Shown: piece by piece, positions 55,552-64,000 of the stretch
Numbering within the stretch: position 1 is the first letter of the stretch
Layout of the letters: the number at the start of each line of letters is the position of its first letter
Origin: Kiritimatiellia bacterium
GTDB lineage: Bacteria > Verrucomicrobiota > Kiritimatiellia > RFP12 > UBA1067
DNA length: 64,000 nt
Direction of reading: 5' to 3'
Assembly (NCBI GenBank): GCA_017563185.1
Contig: JAFXIL010000195.1
Span: 16,159-80,158 of the forward strand
Translations under genes and position numbers: made by a program
Notes under the pieces: model-generated
The model's database searches: none
What the model was told of the DNA's origin: nothing
Seen by the model: the letters and a program-made list of their open reading frames with translations, nothing else

Positions 55552-56628
55552 ATGCAGAAGCTCACAGAGATAGCCTGGCCGGAGTTTGAGGCCCTGCCTC
55601 TCGAGGCGAAGAAGCCGTATCTCGAAAACTACGAGATACCGGCCACACCATACCACACCCTCTTTGCGCAGCAGTTCGACAGGCCGCTGCTGGAACGCCT
55701 CGCCGCGCTCGCGAACCGCATACGCTTCATGGCCAAGAGCAAGGAGGGGGCTCTGTACCTGAAGTCGCTGCTGCCGCACAAGCGGGCGATGCTCTACTTC
55801 TCGCAGCCGAGCTCGCGCACGTTCCTCTCGCATCTGGCGGCGTGCCAGATACTGGGGCTCACCACGGGGAGCGTGCGCGATTCGGCCACGTCCTCGGAGT
55901 TCAAGGGAGAGTCGCACGAGGATTCGATACGCACGTTCTCGTCGTACTTCGACATGATCATAATGCGCACGCCGGAGAAGGGCCTAGCCGAGCACATGGC
56001 CTGGGAGCTCTCCAATTCGTCGCGTCCGATTCCGATCATCAACGCCGGCTCCGGCAAGGACCAGCATCCCACGCAGGCGCTTCTCGACGTCTACACGCTC
56101 CTGCGCTCGTTCGAGACGAAGGGCGGCCTCAGGAACCGCACGGTGACATTCTGCGGCGACCTCATGCGCGGGCGCACCGTGCGCTCGCTCAGCTACCTTC
56201 TCACCAACTTCGAGAACATCCGCCAGGTGTTCGTGGCGCCGCCGCAGCTGCAGGTGCCGGAGGACGTGCTGAAGATTCTGCGCGCCAAGGGCGTGGAGTT
56301 CGCCGTGTCGCAGAACCTGCGCGAGGCGGTGACGCTCTCCGACGCGGTGTACATGACGCGCATCCAGGACGAGTGGGACCAGTCGAAGGGCGAGAGCGCG
56401 AAGATCGACACGAGCCACTTCAAGTTCGGCGCGGAGGAGCTGAAGCTGCTTCCCAGGGACGGCATCATCATGCACCCGCTTCCGCGCCGCGACGAGATCG
56501 CCGTCTGCTGCGACCATGATCCCCGCGCCATGTACTGGCGCCAGATGCGCAACGGCATGTGGATACGCTCCGCTCTGATCGCGATGACGTTCGGCTTCGA
56601 GAGACAGATAATGTGCTTTGGAGCGTAG
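55552..56628 (+). CDS. aspartate/ornithine carbamoyltransferase-family protein with atypical carbamoyl-phosphate motif and ~60-aa N-terminal extension
   Basis: The HPxQ motif is HPTQ and the HxLP motif is HPLP. The canonical STRTR is replaced by SQPSSRTF. RBS ggaaaggaagg precedes the ATG at 55552. It is 358 aa. Confidence 0.65.
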   Translation: MQKLTEIAWPEFEALPLEAKKPYLENYEIPATPYHTLFAQQFDRPLLERLAALANRIRFMAKSKEGALYLKSLLPHKRAMLYFSQPSSRTFLSHLAACQILGLTTGSVRDSATSSEFKGESHEDSIRTFSSYFDMIIMRTPEKGLAEHMAWELSNSSRPIPIINAGSGKDQHPTQALLDVYTLLRSFETKGGLRNRTVTFCGDLMRGRTVRSLSYLLTNFENIRQVFVAPPQLQVPEDVLKILRAKGVEFAVSQNLREAVTLSDAVYMTRIQDEWDQSKGESAKIDTSHFKFGAEELKLLPRDGIIMHPLPRRDEIAVCCDHDPRAMYWRQMRNGMWIRSALIAMTFGFERQIMCFGA

Positions 56629-56630
56629 CC

Positions 56631-57485
56631 ATGAGAATCGCGAAAGAGACAAGGGCGCTCGCATGGCAGGCGCTGCGTGCGAAAGACACATACGGCACCT
56701 TCCTCCTGGCGCTGCTGCTGCTGACTGCGGTGCGCGTGCTGGCGGTGCTGCCGTGCATCATGGCCGTAGTGGGGTTCGTGGTGGTCATGGCGGTCATGGC
56801 TGCGAAGGGGAATCCTGGGGGCTGCGGGGAGTCGTTGGACGACGCGATGGCCCTGCTGACAAGCTTGGGCGATAGAATTGGAGACCTTCAGCCCGGCATA
56901 ATCGCCGGCTCTGTGGTCATCTCGGCTGCCGTGGTGGCGGTGTTCTTATACCTGATCGGCTTCGCTACCTGGAGCAAGAACGCAATGGCGATTGCCGCAG
57001 CGCGAGGCGGGATAAGGACGGCCCATGCATTCAGCGGATGGGGAAACGGCTGGCGAATGGCCACGCTCGTCCTGTGGCGCGACACGCTTGTGTTCCTGCA
57101 GCTGCTGCTTTTGATCGTGCCGGGCGTCCGCGCGGCGTTCTCCTATGCGATGGCGCCGTTTCTTCAGATCGACCATCCGGACTGGACGGCGCTCAGATGC
57201 ATCAACGAGTCGAAGCGGCTCATGGAGGGCAACCGCTGGCGGCTCTTCTGCCTTGGCATCAGCTTCATCGGATGGTATCTGCTCGTGGTGCTCGTGAACT
57301 TGGCGATCCAGATCGGCGGCATCGCCCTCTTCGTCCTCGAGCCGTATCCATCTACGGCGACCGCCATCTTCTACGATGAGCTGCTCGACGACGATCCCGG
57401 GCAGCCACGCGCGGATGCCGCTTCTGGCGAAGAGCCCCCGCAGGAATCTGAAGAAACAGAACAAGAAAGGAATCCAGCAGAATGA
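56631..57485 (+). CDS. DUF975-like integral membrane protein
   Basis: It has about 6 TM segments and an acidic C-terminal tail (DDDPGQPRADAASGEEPPQESEETEQ). I assign no function. Confidence 0.55.
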   Translation: MRIAKETRALAWQALRAKDTYGTFLLALLLLTAVRVLAVLPCIMAVVGFVVVMAVMAAKGNPGGCGESLDDAMALLTSLGDRIGDLQPGIIAGSVVISAAVVAVFLYLIGFATWSKNAMAIAAARGGIRTAHAFSGWGNGWRMATLVLWRDTLVFLQLLLLIVPGVRAAFSYAMAPFLQIDHPDWTALRCINESKRLMEGNRWRLFCLGISFIGWYLLVVLVNLAIQIGGIALFVLEPYPSTATAIFYDELLDDDPGQPRADAASGEEPPQESEETEQERNPAE

Positions 57486-58528
57486 AGAACGTCAAATCAC
57501 TCGCAGGCGCGGCGCTCGCCCTCGGCATGATCGCAGGCTGCGGCCCCTCTAAGCCCGAGCTGCACATCTACACGTGGAGCGACTACGTGGACGAGGACGT
57601 GAAGAGCAAGTTCGAGGAGGAGAACAACTGCAAGGTCGTGATCGACACATTCGACTCGAACGAGGCCATGTACGCGAAGCTTCAGGCAGGCTCCACGGGA
57701 TACGACATCATCACCCCCAGCTCCTACCAGATTCCGCTCATGGCGAAGAACAAGATGATCATCCCCCTCGACCACTCGAAGATCCCCAACGTGAAGAAGA
57801 ACTTCGACGCCGCCTTCGCGAACTCCATCCTCGACCCGTCGCTCACCTACAACGCTCCCTACATGGTCACCTACACCGGCATCGCGTATCGCAGGGACAA
57901 GATCGCGAAGGACGTTCCCGTGGACAGCTGGAAGATCTACGAGACTGCAGCCCTCAAGGGGCGCATGTCGCTTCTCTCCGACATGCGCGAGACCATCGGC
58001 GCCGCGCTGAAGTCCCTCGGCTTCTCGCTCAACTCCGAGAAGAAGGAGGAGCTGGACAAGGCCGTTGAGGTGGTGCTCAAGTGGAAGAAGAACATCGCCA
58101 AGTTCGACAACGAGCAGTACAAGACCGCCGTCGCCGCAGGCGAGTGGTTCGTCGGCCATGGGTATTCCTCCGACGTCACGCAGATCATGCTCGAGGACGA
58201 CAAGGTGGGCTTCTCTCTTCCCAAGGAGGGCTTCACGATCGCGTTCGACGAGATGGTGATCGCGGCCGACGCCCCGCAGAAGGAGCTCGCCCACAAGTTC
58301 ATCGACTTCATGTACCGTCCCGAGATGGCCAGGGCCAACATGGAGAGCGTGTGCGCCCCGATGCCCGTCAAGGCGGCGCTTGAGGCGCTCAAGCCCGAGC
58401 TGAAGGCGCTCATCGTGAAGGACGCCGACACGATCAAGCGCGGCGAGGTGCTGCGCGACTTCGACGACAAGCCCGAAGTGCGCAAGATGTACATCGAGGC
58501 CTGGGACAGGATAAAGGCCGGCGAGTGA
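57482..58528 (+). CDS. polyamine (spermidine/putrescine) ABC-transporter substrate-binding lipoprotein, PotD/PotF family (orphan)
   Basis: The signal peptide has a lipobox (LALGMIAGCG). Similarity to the PotD/PotF fold runs throughout (…YTWSDYVDEDV…GYDIITPSSY…). No permease or ATPase genes are adjacent. Confidence 0.75.
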   Translation: MKNVKSLAGAALALGMIAGCGPSKPELHIYTWSDYVDEDVKSKFEEENNCKVVIDTFDSNEAMYAKLQAGSTGYDIITPSSYQIPLMAKNKMIIPLDHSKIPNVKKNFDAAFANSILDPSLTYNAPYMVTYTGIAYRRDKIAKDVPVDSWKIYETAALKGRMSLLSDMRETIGAALKSLGFSLNSEKKEELDKAVEVVLKWKKNIAKFDNEQYKTAVAAGEWFVGHGYSSDVTQIMLEDDKVGFSLPKEGFTIAFDEMVIAADAPQKELAHKFIDFMYRPEMARANMESVCAPMPVKAALEALKPELKALIVKDADTIKRGEVLRDFDDKPEVRKMYIEAWDRIKAGE

Positions 58529-58553
58529 GCCGGCGCGCAAGGAGTCTTTTCGA

Positions 58554-59366
58554 ATGAACAAGCTTCTCCCTTTGCTCGCGCTTGCGCTCTGCGCTGTCTG
58601 CGCCGGCTGCTTCGACAACCGCGGGCGTCCGCCTGACGCGACGCCCGTGACGTCCCTAAAGGCGCTCGCCGCCACGAACCGCGCCGACGTGACGCGCCTC
58701 TACCTGCGCGGCGGCGCGGAGCCGCTCGCGAAGGGCGCCCTCGCCGATCTGCCCAATCTCCGCGAGCTGGACCTCTCGGAGCGGCAGCTGGCCGCCGTGC
58801 CGGAGGAGGTGTTCGCCATGAAGTCGCTCGAACACCTGTATCTCGTGCGCAACGAGTTCAAGGAGCTGCCCGACGCGCTCGCCACGCTGCCCGCGCTCAC
58901 CTACCTGAACCTCGACGGCAACAAGCTCACGGGCGTTCCCGAGTCCCTCGGCGGCGCCGCGAAGCTGAAGTGGCTGCGCCTCAACGAGAACCAGATCGTC
59001 TCGCTGCCCGACTCTCTCGGCAGGCTCGGCGACCTGCGCCGCTTCTACGCCCGCCGCAACAAGCTCAAGGAGGTGCCGGCGTTCTTGAAGTCCTGCACGC
59101 GCCTCGAGGATCTGTCGCTCGACGCCAACTTCATCACCGAGGTGCCCGACTGGCTCGTGAAGCTTCCCGCGCTCAAGAGCGTTTCGTTCAGTGGCTGCCG
59201 CATATCCAAGCTTCCCGCAGACCTTTCCCCGTGGCGTCGCCTCGATTCGCTCGTCCTCTCCGGCTGCCCGATCCACGCCGACGAGATGGCTCGCATCCGA
59301 AAGGAGCTGGGCGACATCGGCGGCACCGAGCAGGTCAACGGCAAAGGCGTGGCGGTGGTGTTCTAG
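58554..59366 (+). CDS. leucine-rich-repeat lipoprotein
   Basis: It has a lipobox (LALCAVCAGC) and about 9 LxxLxLxxNxLxxLP repeats (LRELDLSERQLAAVP, LEHLYLVRNEFKELP, LTYLNLDGNKLTGVP…). Confidence 0.75.
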   Translation: MNKLLPLLALALCAVCAGCFDNRGRPPDATPVTSLKALAATNRADVTRLYLRGGAEPLAKGALADLPNLRELDLSERQLAAVPEEVFAMKSLEHLYLVRNEFKELPDALATLPALTYLNLDGNKLTGVPESLGGAAKLKWLRLNENQIVSLPDSLGRLGDLRRFYARRNKLKEVPAFLKSCTRLEDLSLDANFITEVPDWLVKLPALKSVSFSGCRISKLPADLSPWRRLDSLVLSGCPIHADEMARIRKELGDIGGTEQVNGKGVAVVF

Positions 59367-59369
59367 GCA

Positions 59370-61787
59370 ATGCCCGACTCTAGACTCAAGGATCTCGCGG
59401 AGGCGCCTCTCGGGCGCCTTCTGCTGCGCTATTCGTGGCCTGCCCTCGTCTCGATGACGTTGAACGCGCTCTACACTATCGTGGACCGTGCGTACATCGG
59501 CCATGGCTGCGGACAGGACGCAATGGCCGGCCTCACGCTCGCCTTCCCGGTGATGATGGTGTTTGGCGCGTTCGGCGTGTTCGTTGGCGCGGGCCACTCG
59601 GCGCTCATCTCCCTCAAGCTCGGCGCGGGCGACCGCCCGGCCTGCGACAAGATACTCGGCGAGCTTGTGGCGTTCAAGCTTGCGTTCTTCTTCGTGCTGC
59701 CGCCGCTTGTGTTCGCGTTTCTCGACCCCATTCTGCGTGCGACGGGAGGATCCGGCGTGACGCCGGGCGCCCTAGAGCAGGCGAAGACGTATCTGCGCCT
59801 CGTTCTCTTCTCGCATCTCTTCTCGCATCTCGCCTTCGGCCTCTCTGCAGCGATGCGCAGCGAAGGCGGCGTGCTGCCATCCATGATGTGCATGGTGGTG
59901 GGTTTCGGCACGAACCTCGTGCTCGACCCATTGTTCATCTTCGCATTCAAGATGGGCGTGACCGGTGCCGCCTGGGCCACCAACATCGCGATGTTCCTCT
60001 CGTGCCTCTGCGCGCTGTGGTACTACAGGCCAGGACACAGCGTGGTGCGCCTTCGCCTTGGATGCGTGCGGTTCTACCGCGAGTACGCGCGGCGGGCGGC
60101 GGGCATCGGCCTCTCGCCTGCCCTGCAGCAGCTGATGGGCAGCCTGATAACGGTCTCGATGCAGATGGCGTTCGCGAAGTGGGCGACAAGCCGCGAGGCG
60201 GCCACTGCGCAGATCGCGTCGCTCGGCATCTTCCAGATGTCGGTCATGTTCTTCTTCATGCCGGTGATGGGCGTGCAGCAGGGGCTTGCGCCGATAATGG
60301 GCTTCAACTGGGGCGCGCGCAGCTACGGCAGAGTGCGCGACGCGCTGATCCTCGGCTTCTGGATAACGACGGCGTGCGTGGCCTTTGCCTCGGCCGCGAG
60401 CGTCCTTGCCCCGGGGGTGATAGCGCGCGTGTTCACCGACGGCAAGGACGTCGGCTTTCTGCGTCTTGTCGCGGGCGACCTGCGCCTCGCAAACTGCATG
60501 TTCTGGTGCATCGGCCTCAACGTTGTGGCGACCACCTACTTCCAGTCCATCGGCCATCCATGGACGGCCATAGTCCTTTCGATGATGCGCCAGTGCCTCT
60601 GCCTCCTGCCGTGCATCTGGCTGCTCCCGTATCTCTTCTCCGACCACATGTTCGCCATCTGGGTGTCTCATCCGATCTCAGACGTTCTCGCCTTCTTCTT
60701 CACAATCCCGCCGTTCTTCTCGCACGCGCGCTTCCTGCGCCGCGCATCGAGCATTTCGGCCTCTCGTTCGCGCGAGAGCGTGCGTGTGGAGCGCGCTCCC
60801 CTGCGCAAGCGCATCGCGCCGTGGCTTTCGTTCTTTCGCCTTCCGAACCTGCCTACCGCCCCGGGCGACGCTCTGGCGGGGGCGGCGTTCCTTGCCGCCG
60901 CCTTCCCCGAAATCATCCGCGGTTGCGCGCCCCGCGCGCTCGCGGCGGCGGCGGCCGCGCTTTTTCTCTACATGTTCGGCCTTGCGGACAACGATGTGGT
61001 CGGTGCGCCTGAAGACGCGCAGCGCTCACCGCACCGTCCCATCCCGTCCGGGGCGATATCCATGCGCGCCGCGAAGAGCGCCCGCGCAATCTGCCTTGCC
61101 CTTGCCGCAGTCACTGGCGCCTGCGCGTCGCTGCCTTTGGTCTGGTGGGCGATTGCTCTTCTGCTTGGTGGCGCGATATTGCTTTACAACCGCGTGAAGG
61201 GCTCTTTGCTGATGGGCGCGTGCAGGGGCATCAGCATGATCGCGGGCGGCGCGGCACTATACGTGCCCGGGCTTGCGCGCCGTTCGACGATCATGCATCC
61301 AGGCGATCCGGGCGTGATGTTCTTCGCCGCGTGCGCGGCGCTGATCCTCGCGGCAGGGGGGTGGATGCTCTACATAGCGGCGGTGACGAAGCTCTCTGAA
61401 GGCGAGGAGACCGAGAGCGAGGGGCTGGGCAACCGGCGCTATCTGCTGGGGCTTGCCTCATTTGCGCCGCTTGCCGCGTTCGTGCCGGTTCTCGCATGCC
61501 GCATGAACCTGCCTGATCCGCGCGTCACGTTCACGTTCCTGATGCTGCCCGTTCTGGGCTGCCTCTGGACGTTCATCACATGGTGTTCGGCTGTGTCGCC
61601 GCTCTGGTGCGCGCATGGTCCGGCCGAGCGCCGCGCCGCCGTTGGACGCACCATAGGCGCGCTTCTCTACCTGCAGCTCGGCTTCGTGCTAGTGGCGCCC
61701 GAGCCTGCATTTCTCGCCGCGGCCGCGGTGCTTTGGGGCGCCTCGCGCACCATCCGCCGCTTCGCGCCGGGCATCAGCGGATCGTGA
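59370..61787 (+). CDS. fusion ORF: MATE/MOP-family efflux/flippase domain (aa 1-~470) + UbiA-family prenyltransferase-like membrane domain (aa ~480-805)
   Basis: The N-terminal half has 12 TM segments and is MATE-like (LLRYSWPALVSMTLNALYTIVDRAYIGHG…). The C-terminal half carries the UbiA signature region (ADNDVVGAPEDAQRSPHRPIPSGAIS) plus 7-8 TM segments. It is one continuous frame in this assembly. Confidence 0.65.
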   Translation: MPDSRLKDLAEAPLGRLLLRYSWPALVSMTLNALYTIVDRAYIGHGCGQDAMAGLTLAFPVMMVFGAFGVFVGAGHSALISLKLGAGDRPACDKILGELVAFKLAFFFVLPPLVFAFLDPILRATGGSGVTPGALEQAKTYLRLVLFSHLFSHLAFGLSAAMRSEGGVLPSMMCMVVGFGTNLVLDPLFIFAFKMGVTGAAWATNIAMFLSCLCALWYYRPGHSVVRLRLGCVRFYREYARRAAGIGLSPALQQLMGSLITVSMQMAFAKWATSREAATAQIASLGIFQMSVMFFFMPVMGVQQGLAPIMGFNWGARSYGRVRDALILGFWITTACVAFASAASVLAPGVIARVFTDGKDVGFLRLVAGDLRLANCMFWCIGLNVVATTYFQSIGHPWTAIVLSMMRQCLCLLPCIWLLPYLFSDHMFAIWVSHPISDVLAFFFTIPPFFSHARFLRRASSISASRSRESVRVERAPLRKRIAPWLSFFRLPNLPTAPGDALAGAAFLAAAFPEIIRGCAPRALAAAAAALFLYMFGLADNDVVGAPEDAQRSPHRPIPSGAISMRAAKSARAICLALAAVTGACASLPLVWWAIALLLGGAILLYNRVKGSLLMGACRGISMIAGGAALYVPGLARRSTIMHPGDPGVMFFAACAALILAAGGWMLYIAAVTKLSEGEETESEGLGNRRYLLGLASFAPLAAFVPVLACRMNLPDPRVTFTFLMLPVLGCLWTFITWCSAVSPLWCAHGPAERRAAVGRTIGALLYLQLGFVLVAPEPAFLAAAAVLWGASRTIRRFAPGISGS

Positions 61788-61792
61788 ATGCA

Positions 61793-62785
61793 ATGAAACA
61801 GATGGCCACAGATGCGCGCAAGCCCCTGAGAATGCCGGAGGGGAGCTGTTTGGGATGGCTGGCCGCCGCGTTCTCCATCGTCGTGTGGAGCATCACCTAC
61901 GCGAGCACGCGCGTGCTGCTGCGCGACTTCTCTTCGCTCGAAATACAGATCGTGCGCTTCACGCTCGCCTGGGCGGCGCTGGCGCTCTTAGGGGCGGCTT
62001 CTCGGCGGACGTCGTCGCCGCGCGGAGCTGGCAACGAGCCTCTTTTCGCGGCCATGGGCTTCACGGGGATTGCGGCCTACCAGTTCCTGGAGAACTGCGC
62101 GATATACTACACGAACGCGAGCAACGTGGCGATACTCGTTGCCTTCGCGCCGATAATGACGGCCGTGGTGACGAGGATGTTCGTGAAGGACAAGTCGATG
62201 TCGGCGTCGTTCGTGGCGGGGTCGCTGGTGGCGGTCGGCGGCGTGGCGGTGGTGAGCCTGGGCGCGGGGGCCGAGCTTGAGCTGCGTCCTGTGGGCGACC
62301 TGATGGCGATTGGCGCAATGGCGTCGTGGGGGGGCTACTCGATGCTGGTCGATGTGGCGAACAGGCGGGGAGTGCCGCCGGCATTGGCTATGCGCAGGGC
62401 GTTCGTGTGGTCGCTTCTGATGATGGCGCCGCTCGTCGCATGGGGGGCCACCGAGGCGGGCGCAAGGGCGGTGGACGGCGTGTTCGCGGTGACGTTCGAC
62501 TACGCGCGCAACGCGGAACGCTTCTCGAGGGCGGCGAACTGGGTGAACTTCGGATTCCTTGGCGTGTTTGCGTCCGCAGCGAGCTTCGCGCTCTGGAACT
62601 ACGCCTGCCGGTCGCTCGGCGTGGTGCGGGCGTCTGTCGGGCTCTATCTCACGCCGGTCATAGGAGTCGCGTTTGCCGTGGCGTTTCTAGGCGAGGCGCT
62701 CACGGCGTCGGGCGTGTGCGGCGGCGCGCTCATCCTCGCCGGCGTGTACGTGGCAAGCAGGACAAGGCAGAAGGAGAGGCAATGA
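61793..62785 (+). CDS. EamA/DMT-family transporter
   Basis: It has 10 TM segments in two EamA repeats. The ATG at 61793 comes 5 nt after the upstream stop. Confidence 0.75.
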   Translation: MKQMATDARKPLRMPEGSCLGWLAAAFSIVVWSITYASTRVLLRDFSSLEIQIVRFTLAWAALALLGAASRRTSSPRGAGNEPLFAAMGFTGIAAYQFLENCAIYYTNASNVAILVAFAPIMTAVVTRMFVKDKSMSASFVAGSLVAVGGVAVVSLGAGAELELRPVGDLMAIGAMASWGGYSMLVDVANRRGVPPALAMRRAFVWSLLMMAPLVAWGATEAGARAVDGVFAVTFDYARNAERFSRAANWVNFGFLGVFASAASFALWNYACRSLGVVRASVGLYLTPVIGVAFAVAFLGEALTASGVCGGALILAGVYVASRTRQKERQ

Positions 62786-63165
62786 CGACTAGACTGACAA
62801 AAGACGGACGCAAGGTCCCCGGCGTAGTCCTGTTCGCAGTGGTCGTGGCGCTTGCGGCGATCGGCAAGGGCCGCTTGTGGTGCAACTGGGTGTGCCCTGC
62901 CGGAGCTATAGAGGTGATTCCGCGCCTTGAGCGCAAGAACGCACATGGGGCACGCGATCTGGAAGAAGGACCATTGCATACGCATTTCGGATGGAGTGTC
63001 GTGCACGGCATGCGCCCGGAAGTGTCCGGTGAAGGCGATCCACATCGTCGAGGGCTTTCCCGTGGTGGACAAGGGCGCCTGCATCGGATGCGGCGCATGC
63101 GCCACGCCGCAAGCGCGGCCGCGTTGCGCACTCCTTTCTCGCGCGCGAGGCCGTCGCCCTGTTGA
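62782..63165 (+). pseudogene. 4Fe-4S ferredoxin-like membrane protein, apparently frameshifted
   Basis: Frame A (from the ATG at 62782, overlapping the EamA stop) encodes a TM region plus RLWCNWVCPAGA (the Fer4_5-type motif), then degenerates. Frame B (+1, open from 62918) encodes a ferredoxin cluster domain: CTACARKCPVKAIHIVEGFPVVDKGACIGCGACA. One gene appears split by a frameshift near 62915-62930. Confidence 0.4.
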
Positions 63166-63393
63166 TAACTTTTCCATCAGTGCAACGGGATGCCAGCCTG
63201 TTGGGTTGTTCGCCGCTCGAACCACGAGCCACGAATCGCGAACCACTGTCTTTCATCTTCCTGTCCTCCGCCCGCGCGGCCAGAATGGCTTCGGCGGAGA
63301 ACGGCCCCCGCCTCGCGCAGACGGGAACAGTGTCTCATTGGTTTGGCTGTCAAATGAAATTCACACGTCAGATTCCCCAGGACAAACGAAAAA

Positions 63394-63413
63394 CCCCCTG
63401 TAGATACAGGGGG
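63394..63413 (-). terminator. rho-independent terminator (8-bp GC stem CCCCCTGT/ACAGGGGG, 4-nt loop, U-tract on minus strand)
   Basis: The plus strand reads aaaaaCCCCCTGTagatACAGGGGGttgg. On the minus strand the hairpin is followed by TTTTTCGTTTG. It lies about 120 nt downstream of the minus-strand ORF ending at 63535. Confidence 0.6.
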
Positions 63414-63534
63414 TTGGCGCATTGGAAAAAGTTTCACGAGATGACGGTTTCGGTGAAACTTTCACCGCATTACGCGGGTTTTTCATGAAAGTTTCATCGC
63501 GCGAAGTGAAAGTTTCGCCGGAAGCGGACGTGCA

Positions 63535-63885
63535 TTAGAACTCTTGCGCGTGATTATGGCAGTAATGGTACAGCGCCTTGACGGACGGATAGCCGCCCTT
63601 GACGTTCTGCCATGCCTTGCGGCAGGCGCGGAGGATTGACATCCGCTTGCCGGCGGCGCGCGCCTCGCGCACGAGGCTGCGCACGGCGGCGATCTGGCGC
63701 CCGCGCTCGCCCTTTGGAGACCGCCTGTCGGCCTCGCTCGTGCGGGCGGTGTGCGCGTCCCTGATGACCTCGCGCCTGGGGCATTGACTTCTGCCTGTGG
63801 GTATGATACACTTTGAGCCGTCTCGGGGCAGGAGGATGCCGATGGAGATGGTTGTGAGGGTATTGTTTTGAAGAGAGAATTCCAC
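63535..63885 (-). CDS. hypothetical small protein (low confidence)
   Basis: 116-aa ORF. The C-terminal ~50 aa (…RSLVREARAAGKRMSILRACRKAWQNVKGGYPSVKALYHYCHNHAQEF) look protein-like; the N-terminal part may be GC-driven noise. The terminator above follows it. Confidence 0.3.
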   Translation of the reverse strand: MEFSLQNNTLTTISIGILLPRDGSKCIIPTGRSQCPRREVIRDAHTARTSEADRRSPKGERGRQIAAVRSLVREARAAGKRMSILRACRKAWQNVKGGYPSVKALYHYCHNHAQEF

Positions 63886-64000
63886 AAGTTTGCCTTTGTG
63901 GCGGTTGCCGCAGCGGTTGCCGTCGGCGCAGAAGCCGACGACGCAGCGGGCGTGATGCGCGCTTCGGCGTCGAACGAGTCCGTCACGGTTGTCATGCCGT

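Noticed and set aside
63483-63995. 170-aa minus-strand ORF at the window edge (MTTVTDSFDAEARITPAASSASAP…), and a possible plus-strand TTG-initiated signal-peptide ORF running off the end from 63868
   Set aside because: Both are truncated by the window edge, low-complexity or ambiguous, and overlap the small ORF at 63535..63885. The evidence is insufficient to call either.

Overview
This is a 64-kb window of high-GC (roughly 65-70%) bacterial chromosome. I found no rRNA, tRNA, CRISPR array, transposase or integrase. About 50 protein-coding genes are densely packed, and many stop and start codons overlap (ATGA or TAATG junctions).

Content, in order:
(i) A conserved translation block nusA-infB-rbfA-truB-ribF.
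(ii) A minus-strand cell-shape cluster mreB-mreC-mreD-mrdA(PBP2)-rodA that continues into an RNase E/G gene and an LptD-like outer-membrane protein.
(iii) Secreted or periplasmic carbohydrate-active genes: a TAT-signal GH109-like oxidoreductase, a GH92 alpha-mannosidase fused to an HExxH domain and a discoidin domain, a multi-domain GH43, a radical-SAM anaerobic sulfatase-maturating enzyme, NagA and an FGGY sugar kinase. Together these suggest an anaerobic degrader of glycans and sulfated polysaccharides, possibly PVC-superphylum-like; this is inference only.
(iv) Housekeeping metabolism: icd, tyrA, hom, a superoxide dismutase.
(v) Two adjacent helicases (DinG-like and HrpB) separated by a palindromic element.
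(vi) The most unusual locus, at 42.8-50.9 kb: a seven-gene minus-strand operon with stop/start overlaps. A cytoplasmic PAS histidine kinase and its NtrC-type sigma54 response regulator are separated by three genes (an 876-aa 2-TM protein, a lipoprotein, and a Sel1-like protein). That insert contains a ~2.3-kb low-GC (~50%) segment. A secreted DnaJ-type zinc-finger protein and a Ser/Thr kinase follow.

Other notable structure:
- A 122-bp tandem duplication full of palindromic GGGGACAGTCCCC motifs in front of the GH92 gene.
- An 8-bp microsatellite (~18 copies) filling the rodA-rng spacer.
- A recurrent TGATATA(A/C)T extended -10 motif; in three cases it sits 6-7 nt before the start codon (leaderless-type arrangement).
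- A MATE-UbiA fusion ORF.
- Two probable gene remnants: an N-terminal GDPD fragment and a frameshifted ferredoxin-like gene.
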